Shown piece after piece: positions 52,840 through 64,000 of a stretch of DNA of 64,000 nt (position 1 is its first letter; each line of letters starts with the position of its first letter). The position numbers and the translations under genes were made by a program. The stretch lies in the NCBI RefSeq assembly GCF_009914755.1, contig NC_060935.1; one strand, given 5' to 3'. This stretch comes from the human T2T-CHM13v2.0 reference genome, Homo sapiens. The notes beneath the pieces are model-generated. The model did no database searches. It was not told where the DNA came from and saw nothing but the letters and a program-made list of their open reading frames with translations.

Positions 52840-53600
52840 TAAAGACTCCTTTTGCTTTTTCCATTATGCAAATCATCTTAGCATCTATTGATTGCATCTG
52901 CATGTGAAGAGGGACACTGGGTTTGTAACTAATGTATTTGCATGTGCATTTTAATTAATCCGCTTGCAGGAGGGAGGTGATTAGAGGGGTAGATATGGAA
53001 ATATTGCTCTCTGTGGCTAATAGAATTTGGCACCTCTGGAGTGCTGTCTGACGAGTGGAATTATTGCAGGCAGGTGGGAGCTGGAGCATGCCCTTCCTGA
53101 CATGCCCACAGATAATTCACGCTGTGGCCACCATGCACTGTCTCGCCAGCCTGAGGAAGGCAGAGAAATGCAGAGAGCAGGAGAGTTCTTGGATAGACAG
53201 ATTCTGGTGGTCTGCCCAGGTCTGCATGAAGAACAGCTACTTTATGTTTACATCATTATGTTCTTACATCCATGTGGCTTGGCAGAAGCCATCAGAAAGC
53301 TATCACATTATGTCTCTGTGTTGGCAATGCAACTCCTAGGCTTGCCTAGTCAGAAGAAAGCCTCACAGCTGTTTAACTATCTTCTCTGCTCTTTGAAGCT
53401 AACATTAATATTATGCCTAATTTGCATCCAACATTTAAATGTACTCATTAAGCTATAAAAGCCACAGCACCTCTTGACAGCCCATTCTCTGATGAAGACT
53501 GCAGTCTTGTCAGAGGAATACGGAATATTCCCAGAATTTCTAGAATATAACTTCCCAAAACACATTTTACCCAAATACAAGGTTTTCGTATTAAAAAGGA
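52840..53600. promoter_or_regulatory. Candidate enhancer (octamer/homeodomain motif cluster)
   Basis: ATGCAAAT 52866-52873; ATTTGCAT 52936-52943 and 53420-53427; TTAATTAA 52951-52958; no recognisable repeat. Confidence 0.4.
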
Positions 53601-56600
53601 CGAAGTGACTTCTCTCCTGACTGTCTTCAGGGAGATACTGGGGAAGGGCACAGTAGCAGGGGAACCCTAGGGGCTGCCGTAATTAACTGTTGTGGAAAAA
53701 GAGTCAGAGTTCTGAAATGCCTTTGTCTGTTTGTTTGTTTGTTGTTGTTGTTGTTGTTGTTTTATCATTTACTCAAGATTCACGTGCAGAAAGAAATGAG
53801 TAGGACTGACAGCCAGCTTGAAGCCAGGAACTAAGCTTCAGTTCTTACAGCATCAGTTGCATGAATTCCCTTTTTCCTATGGGAACAACTTAAGATTCCC
53901 CACATATGTACTTTTCCAGTCATTGCGTTGGGCTCAATAGGTGAGTCAGGCCTTGTGCTCCAAGTAAACAAGCTCCAAAAGATAGCTAATATACATTTGG
54001 TACACCTGGTATGATAGTAAACAAGGCAAAACATGTACTTGGAAAGAGATTCAAATCTACGTGTTTAAAACACAGGGAAGTCTTAGATACAATGTAAAGA
54101 ATGCAACTGAAAGGAAATTCATAAATAGATGAGAGACAGAGAAGTTTGAAAAGAAAGAAGGTGCCAGTATTTGTTCAGAAGAACAAAGAGGGAGTTTGAC
54201 ATTGAGAGAACAAAACGTTATAGATATTTGTTACTTGAGTTATTGACTTTTAGAATATGTGGCACAAAATTCTGTTGGCTGAGGAGAAGGTTGGTTTCCC
54301 TCACCATTACCCAAAGTAGAGCTTCATTCCAGCTTGGAGTCATCAGCCTATGCATCAAGACATCCCCCAGAAACAGATAGGGTGGTCCTGCCTGGAGAAA
54401 CTCATGGTTCTCTCCTTGGACTTTGAATTCTAGATGGAAGTTTAGGGAGCCCTGCACAGAGAAGGCTGCTGAGAGATCAAATCCTAGCTGGAGAATCCAG
54501 GGCTCTGTCCTTGGTCGTCATCTCTAGTCAACCCACACTGAATCCCATGGGCATCTCCTTCATCCTCCCAGCTTGAAATCCCATCTCTATCCTATGTCTC
54601 CAAATGTATGGCCCTAGCCCAGGTCATTCTCCTGAGCTCCAGACTCAAGGGCTTCAGTGCTTGTACTGGAGGAGGCTAAGGCAAAGTGGGGTGACTTCAG
54701 ACAAGAGCATAGGTGCCAAAGTAGAAAATCCCAAGGCATGTTTGCAGGAGGGTGAGTGCCTAGTGTGGCTAAAATTGAGGCCACACACAGGAAAATGGTG
54801 GGAAACATGGGAACAACAGGGTCACAGCACACAAAGCCTTCTTTCAGGGGGCCATTGGGAAACACAGCTGCATCTGGATGAGTGTTACAATCAGAGCTAT
54901 ATTTTACACCAATTAACCTGGTAGCAACCAGTAATATGGGTTCAAAGGAACTGAGGAAAGGGGCCAAGAGACTGGATCAGAGGCCAGAAGCAGGATGGTA
55001 GCAGAGGTGAGGAGAGAGGAGGTTGGATGTGAGAAACACTTTGTTCTGTTCCTCACAGACTCCCAGCTCCCCCTGCCTCAGGGCGTGAGCACCCAGTTTC
55101 CTCTGCTGGAGCCTCCCACCCAGGCTGCCTGCTGTCTCACACGTTCCTGTCCTCATGGTCTCTGTCATGACTTCCAAAGGCTAGTCCAGGCCCCAGCTTC
55201 ACACTCTCCTTCACCGTACTTCTCGCCACTGCGTTGGCCACTGATGTGTGAGACTGGGAGTGTGACTATCCCTCTGGCCACACTCTCTCTCCACTCCACT
55301 GCTCTGCTCCCAGAAGCTTCCAGACACTCCCAGCATGGCCCAGCAAGGCAGGCAGAGCTCCCAGGCCATCTCCAACAGCTCCAATGCATTCTCTCCTTGC
55401 TATTTTCAAAGGCAAATGGTCCAGAGGTTCATTAGATGCCTCTACTCAGTTGGAGAGGTGGTGACCTGTTCAGGAATATGGGGACATGGTGGACAGATTA
55501 AAAACCGGGAGCTTGTGCGTGCCACCTGCCCTCACTCATCTGTCTCCTCATTGTCTCTCGGGAAGCTCATCACTTCCTAAGCCACGATCTGCCACAATCC
55601 TCAGCAGGCTTTCAGAAGTATTTATCATGCTTCCAAAGTGATTGACTTCTGATGAGAGGTTCGGGAGCTCAGGAAAATGCTCCTGGCTTACAGTGTATTG
55701 TGAGTAAAAGAAAAGAAATAACAGGTACTCTTCAAGTGTGGGAGCTGGAAAAGATTCTAATTAAATGTCAGGGCTGGAGTTTAACCCACTTGAATTTGGT
55801 GTTTCTATTCTGGAGTCGTTGAGTTTCTCATTCGTAAACCTGGGCTCTGAAGCACCCAACCACAGATATCAAAATCATCCTTGTCATGTCCAGAGGAGAC
55901 AAAAAAAGAGATCAGAGGTGAAGGGCTCATTTGTTGAGGTGGGATTGAAAGGGGACATGTTTTGAATTCCATCTTGGAGGAAGGTGGCTCTGAAGCAGAG
56001 ACCACCATGGCTGAGGCGGGGGCTGGAGACGGATCTGTCCCTGGCATCACATACTCAGGAGAGCTGGCCTCACCTGGCCTCAGCACCCACCAAGACCCAG
56101 CTCTTGTAGTGTCCCATTCCCATACCTGTCCCAGAGACAAAGCCTAATTGAGGGCCCCATGGAGAGAGCCGGTGCCATATCAGAGCTTTACCAACGTGCT
56201 CTGGCGGGAAAGGCTGGCAGATGGGGGGCTCCGAGCCTGCACACATGTGGAGCCACAGGTCCTAGCCTCTCAGATGCCACAGTCACTGGCGCGGGACTCT
56301 GGGGTCCTGCTCTCCTGCTACTTGTCCCCAGGACCCCTCATTATCGCTACCATTATGAGGAAAGCAGGAGGGGGTCCCCTTACTGCCCCACCAAGCCAAC
56401 CGTATTCTCTAGAAGAGCAGGGCTTGCGATCATAATGATAATCTCCATCCACATGTGTTCCCTGCTGAACAGTTTTCAAAGTGCTGCTTTTCCAAGCATT
56501 AGAAGGAATAAGTTCCTCCTTATGCTCACTCCAGCCTTGTGAGTACACGACTCTATATTCCTGTTGTGCAGCTAAGGAAATGGACTCCCAGAGGTGACCT

Positions 56601-58164
56601 GCCTTGCCTAAGTTCAAACCACAAAAACTGGCAGAGAAGGACTTCTCCTCCAGTGCTCTCTTTTCCACCAAGCCTCCAGAGCTGTACGACAGAGTGGGGG
56701 ACCCGGATTCTCCCTGCAGGTGGAAAAACCAGCTGTGCACACTGGGCTTAATACCAAGAACTGCTCACCAGATCTGCAAATTCCTTTTCCTCCCCGGGAA
56801 GCCCAGACTGTGTGGGGGCTTAGAAACCAAGTCGAGAGATGTAAAGAAACCCAGGCAATGAGGTCTTAAAAAATAAATCCTTATTTTAAATATCCATTTA
56901 AACAAATGGATGCTAAGTATCTTTCTATTTTTTTTTTTTTTTTTTTTTTCCTCTTGCCATCCACAGGTGCAAGAGGAGGGGCGGGGATGAGGGGAGGAGG
57001 GAGGAGGACAAGAATGAATGAAAGGCAAACAAATTCCCCCACTCCAGGCAGCAGCATAAACCACTTATTATTAACAGAGGCCCCAAGAGAGTCTTGTTTT
57101 TAATGTAATTTGGATTAAGCAGAGAAGGAACACGGGCTCCCACACACACCTTGGCATGATTAAATCAGCTACAAAGGCTGCTAGCCTCCCCTCCCCCGAG
57201 GGCTATCACTGGGGCTGGAAATAATTCCAGCTTCTAGACAAGGGATTTGGAGTCCAGGCCATCTCTGTGCCCCAAGGAAGTCCAGCACATACACGCTTGG
57301 ACAGGGCCAGATAATGCCACCCTCCAAGCAGACCAGCAATCACCTGTCATCTCACTACCCAGGGATTCAACCTCAAAATTGGTTTTCTGTGTTCTCTGAA
57401 GACAATGAAGAGCACTTACCCAGAAATCAGCAAGCTTGCCATCAGGTCCTAGCTCTGTCACTCCACTAACAGGGTGAAATGACATTCCTTCTCTCTGAAA
57501 AGCTGGCCTGCAAGGGCACTAAAGCCTCACTCAATGCTGGCATTTCATGAGATAAAAAGTGTGCTTTTTCAAGTCCTGCTGTGCAATGTTTTATTCCCAC
57601 CCTCCCACCCCAAGGACCCACAGAGTGTCCACCACTGAAAGATATCTTTAAAATGTTTATTAAATTAATAAAGAAAGGAACTTCCCCTTTTATCCTGTAA
57701 GCTCAGCAGAAGATTTTTGTGTCTGAGCTCTATCACATTTCTTCTTCAGAGTTCTCTGTGGATATGGAAGATCCTAGCTATTGAACTATCCAGTCCCAGA
57801 GGAGGGACTGACATGCCAGGTTAGAAAAAGGGTAAATCTATAGCTTGCATTTATATATACTCAGGGGGTAGTGCTTAAAATACTTAAAAACTGGTATGGC
57901 AACGATAAATCAGGACAGATGCCTGTTTTGGCATCCAGTACTGCCTCACCAGGGATCTGTGAGTATAGGGAACAGCAGGCATGCATTTATACATGCTGGG
58001 TGCTTGGTCTTTGGGCTACTGTGAAGCGTCTTAGAATACATTGCTGTCAAGCTGGCAAACCCCTAGAAAATAGGTTTGAATGTTGTCATTATCCGGAGAT
58101 ATCTCTGTGTCTCTCACTGTGCTTGACTGTATTACTGCTCAGCAAATGTTCATTCTTTTAAGCC

Positions 58165-58535
58165 CCCAACCCCCTGGGAAGAGGTGCCTCCCACACATCA
58201 GATATTGAGTTTGACCATGCCACTTGCTTTGGCCAATGGAATGTGAGTAGATACAGAATACAGACCCAAAGCTTCTAGAAGGGCTGTATGATTATGGTAG
58301 ACCTCTTGACAGTCTGCTCTCTACCATAAAAAATATATATATATACTCCTTCAGCATAGTCCTGGAATGAGAACATACATAAAGCAGGCATGAACTTGAC
58401 TCTCAGCCCAATACCAAGTATAGCCAGGCCCAGCAGAATGACAGCTGACCTGCAGAGCATAAGTAAAAACTGTATGTTAATTGCTATGAACCATGAGGTT
58501 TAGAGATTGTTATCATAGCAAAAACCAACTCATAT
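58165..58535 (+). mobile_element. Old MLT1 (MaLR) LTR
   Basis: TTGACCATGCCACTTGCTTTGGCCAATGGAATGTGAGTAGA...GATTGTTATCATAGCAAAAACCAACTCATA. Confidence 0.75.
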
Positions 58536-58944
58536 ACTCACTTCCTTGATCCTTGGCAGGTCCATTCAAATGTGATCCAAATGTTATCATTCAGGTATCA
58601 TGAAGTAAAGACATGGATGAGCTTTAGAGGCAGGTAGACCTGAGTGCTAATCCCAGTTCTGACATATACTAGATGTGTGATGTTAGGAAAGCTACTTTAG
58701 TCCTCGGAACCTCAATTTCTTCTTCTATAAAATGAGAGTGATGGAAAGCACCTCATAGGATTTTTATTAGCAGTATTATGAAAAATGTACACATGTGTAT
58801 TTGGGGGACCTTTCCCTTATGTCTCTGAGCCTCAAGGTTGCCAACTGTTAAAAAAAAATAATAAAATGTAGCTATAAAGCTACACAGTCTCTAAGTTTCC
58901 CCCTTGCTCTAACAATTTCTGAGTCCAAGTGCATACACATTTGC

Positions 58945-59530
58945 TCATTCATTCATTCATTCACTTGCTCAACAGCTATACTTTGGGCAGCCTTTCTATG
59001 TAAGCACTGTGTTAATGCCATGGGAACACAACACTAAAGACCAACAGGTTCCCTGGCCTCATGGAACCCACCTGTACATCTCCTACCTCCAGCAAAACTC
59101 ACCACCAAAGCTAAGAGCTTACACATTAGTGAAGGACGCAGGCATCCAGTATCTACTTGGCTTTCAATGTATGTATAGAGGGCTGCTGGAGCATGTAACA
59201 GGGAACCTGACTTGGTGTGGAGGCAGGGTAAGTGTCTCCAAAGAAGGAAATTAGAGACAAGCACTGAATGATGAAGAAATTAGCCAGGGCCAGGGCAGTT
59301 GAAGGAAGAGGGGTCCAGGCAGAAGGAATAGCATGTTCAAAATCCAGCCTGGTTGAAGAGTAAGTAAAGGGAGTATTGTCTTGAGAGAGAAGAGGAGGAG
59401 ACAGATCATATAGGTGCATTGCAAGCCATGTCAAAACTTTGGACTTTCATCCTAAAAAAAAAATCAGGGGCCTTGAGGATTTGAAGACAAAGAGAGATAA
59501 GATCAGGCTTGCCATTTGCAAAGGTCACTC
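58945..59530 (-). mobile_element. L2 LINE fragment
   Basis: (CATT)n tail, then CAGGCAGAAGGAATAGCATGTTCAAAATCC...CTTTGGACTTTCATCCTAA. Confidence 0.7.
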
Positions 59531-59599
59531 TGACACACCTAAAACAAAGTGATTCAAAAAGGGTGGAAGTGAAAGCATAGACCAGTTCCAGCTAAACAT

Positions 59600-61730
59600 G
59601 AGCTTTAACATATTTACCTCTGTTTCCTCCCAGATGTGACTAAAAAGGTGACAGTAAAAGGATGAAAAAAGGCATAAAACTACAACAAAGAGAATGGGAG
59701 ACGAGATAAAAGTATGCAAGAGATGTAAACAAAATTTTCAAATTTGGGAGGAAAATGGAAAGAGCACAAATAAGTTTTGCAGACTAAAAAGAGCTGGGCC
59801 TAACTGCCTGCATGAGTAGACTGGAGAAGGCGAGAAGCAAAATCTCAGAAGTCATCACTAAAGAACTTATCCGTGTAACCAAACACCACCTTTTCCCCAA
59901 AAACTATTGAAATAAAAAATAAATTTAAAAAAAATTTCAGAGATGATAATTCTCAAAATTTGATTCTCCACACACCCTTTCCACCCTTTCTCAGAAAGCC
60001 ACGGGAAGATAGCTCCGCCAAAACAAGAGGAAACAAAGAGAAAGCTCTGGGATCCAGAGGACACAGGAGTCAACAAATAAGAGAGCACAGGAGGTGCCTA
60101 GGGGAGTGAACAGAGCTCCCAGAGTGAGTCTGTACAACAGAATAAGAAGGTGGCCCGTCTGGATTGGAGCAAAAGGCAGGGCCTCCAAAAGAATATCTTA
60201 CTGGAGTTTTTTAATATCCCGAGAAAAGAATTATACTTTTGCCAGAGAGTTGGGGTAAATTAATGATAAATACAGAGAAACTAGGCAAATGAAAACCAGA
60301 AAAAAAAGGAAAGAAAAGAAAAAACAAAGTTAGTAGTAACAAAATAGAAAAACAGAAAATTATACCTAAAAGGAATTCTAACTATGATTCAGCACATGGC
60401 TTAACTATAAATAACATTCATATAATCATAATAATATAAACAATGAATAATTATTTAATCCAACAAACTGTGATGTAGCTATATTAGAAATGAGAGAGGA
60501 AGTGGGAAGGAACAGAGTGAAAGAGCCAAGTCCACATTTTTTATTACGGAAACTCTATAAATAATATGCAACACTTTAAAACATTAAGAAAAAGCAATGC
60601 GAATGTGTTGTTTAGAAATTAAGAGAAAAATGCCCAAAAAACTAAAGAAATTCAAAGTGGTTGCTTTGTCTGAAACTGAGGCTGGAGAGGACTGGGGAAT
60701 TTTGCTTTTCAGTATTTTAAAATATAAATCTCTTAGGATGTTTGACATTTATGGCTGTACATTTATATTTATACACATGTGTTAGTAATAAAAACAAAAA
60801 CTAAGTGAAAGGGAAAAAAAACAACACAGTAAGTAGCTACACAGAGGAGCTTATGAATAGATACCTACAAGACAAATGGCTAAAACAGGGGAATGTTAAA
60901 GAAGGGGTATTTGCGGTTTGGAATGAGTTTTGCAGTGACGTTATTACACATACATGGATACAAAAATTGTGGTATCTCAACTTTTTGAAGGAAGTGAAGA
61001 TGATGTGTTTTGGAAAATTGGGATAAATGACTCAGAATATTACCTCTAATGATGGGGAAGAAAACACTAATGTTGAAAATGCATGAAAAGAGTTTAAATG
61101 AAAAGATTTCATGAAATGATGAGGGTGGGGGAAACTGCATTTCTAAGTTCACATGTGATTTTATATAATATATGACTTTAATAATGCATATGTAAGTGAA
61201 CTAATTGATAAGCTAACTTTAAGTTGGAAAAATATGAGATGGAAATACACAGGAATATGAAGGAAAAGCAGGGTCAAAAACACACCATGCAAATGCATGT
61301 TTGAAGCTGAAATGCAGGGTAAAAAGTGTTAATCAAACCAAACAAAAAAGTGCCTTATGTAAAAGGTACAGTTCACATTGAAGGTCTAACATCCTTGAAT
61401 ATCTGTTCAATAATAATGTAACATCTCAATTCATAAAATAAAAACTAAAAATATTAATGAGAAATGGACACACATTTGTTGACTAATACCCACTATTGGC
61501 AAGGGTGTGGAACAACAGACACTCACATTTTAGGGTTGACAGAGTAGGCATTCTATGAAGGGCAATTTAAAGTGTTTCTCTAATGTACCAGAATACAAAT
61601 CTTTGGCCCAGAAAGTCTGTTTCTATAAATTTATCCTTCAGGATAGACTTGTACATTGTGAAAGGCCATTGCAAAAAACATTTATTACAGCATTGTTTAT
61701 AATGAAAAAACGTTGAAAACAGTCTAAATC
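59600..61730 (+). mobile_element. Ancient L1ME/HAL1-like fragments
   Basis: A-rich + strand; GTGACAGTAAAAGGATGAAAAAAGGCATAAAAC 5'-end-like motif; ORF2 C-terminal motifs ~61490-61730 (TTGGCAAGGGTGTGGAACAACAGACACTCACA). Confidence 0.55.
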
Positions 61731-61835
61731 CTCTCTACTCAAAGGGTGGTCAAGAAACCAGAAGCACCAGCATCACATGAGAACTTGTCAAAAATGCAAA
61801 CTCTTGGGTCCTACCCTACAGAATCAGCCTCTACG

Positions 61836-62065
61836 TTTCTTTTTTTTTTTTTTTTTAAGTTCTGGGATACACGTGCAGAACGTGCAGGTTTGTTACACAG
61901 GTACATATGTGCCATGGTGGTTTGCTGTGCCTATCAACCAGTCATCTAGGTTTTAAGCCCCACATGAATTAGGTATTTGTCTTAATGCTCTCTCTTGCCT
62001 TGCTGCACACCCCCCGACAGGCCACAGTGTGTGATGTCCCCCTCCCTGTGTCCATTTGTTCTCCT
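61836..62065 (-). mobile_element. Short L1PA 3' UTR fragment with poly-A
   Basis: T-tract then AAGTTCTGGGATACACGTGCAGAACGTGCAGGTTTGTTACACAGGTACATATGTGCCATGGTGG. Confidence 0.93.
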
Positions 62066-62218
62066 ATTCTTGCCCCAATTAAGTCAGTGTTTTTCCTCCT
62101 TCTCATTCCCTGGTGATCGTGGTTGGCACTGATCATTTTCACCTCACTCAGCTCCTGGAGGAGGTAGTTAAAGAAAGGAACTGGGAAAGAAGTTACTCCA
62201 TAGTCCCTAGGTCCCACT

Positions 62219-62224
62219 AAAAAA

Positions 62225-62267
<43 letters not shown>

Positions 62268-62404
62268 ATATGCAGCCCAAAGCAGCCCTTACCTTGTCCA
62301 TATTTCACAGCTTTGTCTGATCTGATGCCCACATAGGACATAGACATGGAATGATCTAATAGGTCAGAGTCCTCCCCAAACTCTCTCTCTCTCAAACATA
62401 TATG

Positions 62405-62443
<39 letters not shown>
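62219..62443. repeat. (AAAT)n at ~62219-62269 and (CA)n at ~62406-62442 microsatellites
   Basis: Seen directly. Confidence 0.95.
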
Positions 62444-62445
<2 letters not shown>

Positions 62446-62801
62446 TGTGACATTTTCCATCCCTTCCCACCACCATTTATTCCCAGACTAATAGGTATCA
62501 GTGCCTCCCCACACCCAGACACAACATATACACACAGGAGGCACAGCAGCCCTGCCAGGTCCCCATAGAGGGCTGGATGTCAAAGTCAGCATTTGTCACT
62601 TGCAATTATCTTCTCCTGGGTCAATAAAATAACAATCATTTTGTAAATGACCAGGAGCTAACAGCCCCTAAGAGCTGGCTCAGAGGCAAGTATTAATTAC
62701 GCTCCAGGGCCCAAGTCTCTTCCCACAGGGCTCAGCGCTGAGCCCTGAGTCCTGGGAGCAGCCCCCTTCAGACAGTAGGAGGGAGGAAGGAGAGTAAAGA
62801 G

Positions 62802-62848
62802 TGATTAATGGCACAATTTACTTCTTCTTTTAGCCAAATGATTGACAG
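62802..62848 (+). promoter_or_regulatory. Candidate PBX-HOX plus PBX-MEIS/PREP composite site
   Basis: TGATTAATGG 62802-62811 and TGATTGACAG 62839-62848. Confidence 0.5.
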
Positions 62849-63014
62849 GAGGGAAAGGTAAAGTGACCCAGCTCTCCCATGCAGGCCTAGCAATCGATCC
62901 CACAGGCCAATCTCTGCCTGCACCCCGGAAGCCTACGCCTTGTTATGAGTGATGAGGAATTAAATATTGGGAGACTGAGAAAGTGATTTCACATAACCTT
63001 TTAGTCCGGCATAA

Positions 63015-63555
63015 TGTTCCAATTATCTGTTGCTGTGTAACAAACCACTCCAAACTAAGTGGCCTGATTTTATTATGCTCACAGCTTCTATGGATCAAGA
63101 ATTTGGACAGGGGACAAGATGAAAAGTTTACCTCTTCTCCATAATGCCTGGCATGAGAAATTCAAACAGCTGGGGGCAATGTGAACAGCTGGGGGTTGAA
63201 TCATCTGGAGGCTTCTTCACACTCATGTCTGGGACCTGGGCTGGGATGACTTGAAGGTTGGGCCCAGCTAGGACTGTTGCCCTGGTACCTACATGTGGTT
63301 TCTCCATCCGGCTTGGACTCCCCATAACATGTTAACTGGGGTCCAAGAGGGAGCATCCCCAGAGAACGCACCCAGAGGGTAAAAGTTCCAAGACAGCCAG
63401 GCAGAAGCTGCATGCCCTTTCATGACCTACTCTCAGGTCTTCACTTCCTCTGTATTCCATTGGCCAAAGCAGTAACAACCCCATACAAATTCAGACAGAA
63501 GGGGACATAGATGCCTCCTTTTAATGACAGTAGTGTCTAAGAATTTGAGGCTTTC
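63015..63555 (-). mobile_element. MLT1 (MaLR) LTR
   Basis: TATCTGTTGCTGTGTAACAAACCACTCCAAACTAAGTGGC...TGAATCATCTGGAGGCTTCTTCACACTCATGTCTGG. Confidence 0.85.
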
Positions 63556-64000
63556 ATTTTTTAAATCATGGAACATGGGATCCTTTAAAATGGGGCCCTT
63601 CTAGAACAGCTGTGTGAATTAGCTGAGACTAAAGAAATAAGGCAAGGAGCTAAAATATAAACCAAAGTTTTTAAAAGATTGAATCAGCCTAACCTTTCCT
63701 TGAAGCAATCAGACCTTGATCTAAGCCCCCTCCATCTGTAAAAGGGAATAATAGCCCTTTCTCTACCTACCTAGGAGTAGGAATACATTGAAGCAAGTTA
63801 GAAATTCAGTCTAAGGCCAGCTCACCAGTGGAGTTCAAGCAAGCATGCTGGGCTCTGGTAGAGTCAACATGGCAGTGTGCAGCCTGGCTTTGCAGTATTA
63901 GACCAAATAAAGAAATAGATGAAGGCAAGCTGATCTGGTTTTTGGGGGTGGGGCCTTCAGACCCAACCACCACCACCATCTTCCCTATAACTCTTGTCTC

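Noticed and set aside
53027-53458. 143-aa ORF in the repeat-free block
   Set aside because: TTG start, no recognisable domain, no convincing splice-site framing.
56007-56147. ACCACCATGG strong Kozak context opening a 46-aa ORF (MAEAGAGDGSV...)
   Set aside because: No homology I recognise, no CpG island or promoter; one such match in 64 kb could be chance. Would need RNA-seq/Ribo-seq.

Overview
Primate (hominoid) non-coding DNA, dense in interspersed repeats: Alu, L1, L2, MIR, MaLR/ERV LTRs, DNA transposons and one SVA. I can support no host protein-coding exon. The only ORF resembling a real protein (23923-24432) is the C-terminal remnant of L1 ORF2p. A young-looking SVA_A-type element places the window in an ape genome; orangutan is my guess, by inference only. 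Most interesting items: (1) a decayed tRNA-Leu(TAA) with leader and trailer joined to an Alu, apparently inside one shared TSD, i.e. a candidate tRNA-Alu composite retroposon; (2) an SVA whose TSD encloses a ~150-bp 5' transduction; (3) a 125-bp templated insertion copied from 5 kb upstream and bracketed by a ~65-bp direct repeat; (4) a tail-less 81-bp Alu 5' fragment with a perfect 16-bp TSD; (5) a ~360-bp local duplication; (6) repeat-free blocks with PBX-HOX/MEIS, octamer and CTCF motifs. Repeat family names come from recalled consensus sequences, not a database search. Boundaries of old repeats are approximate.
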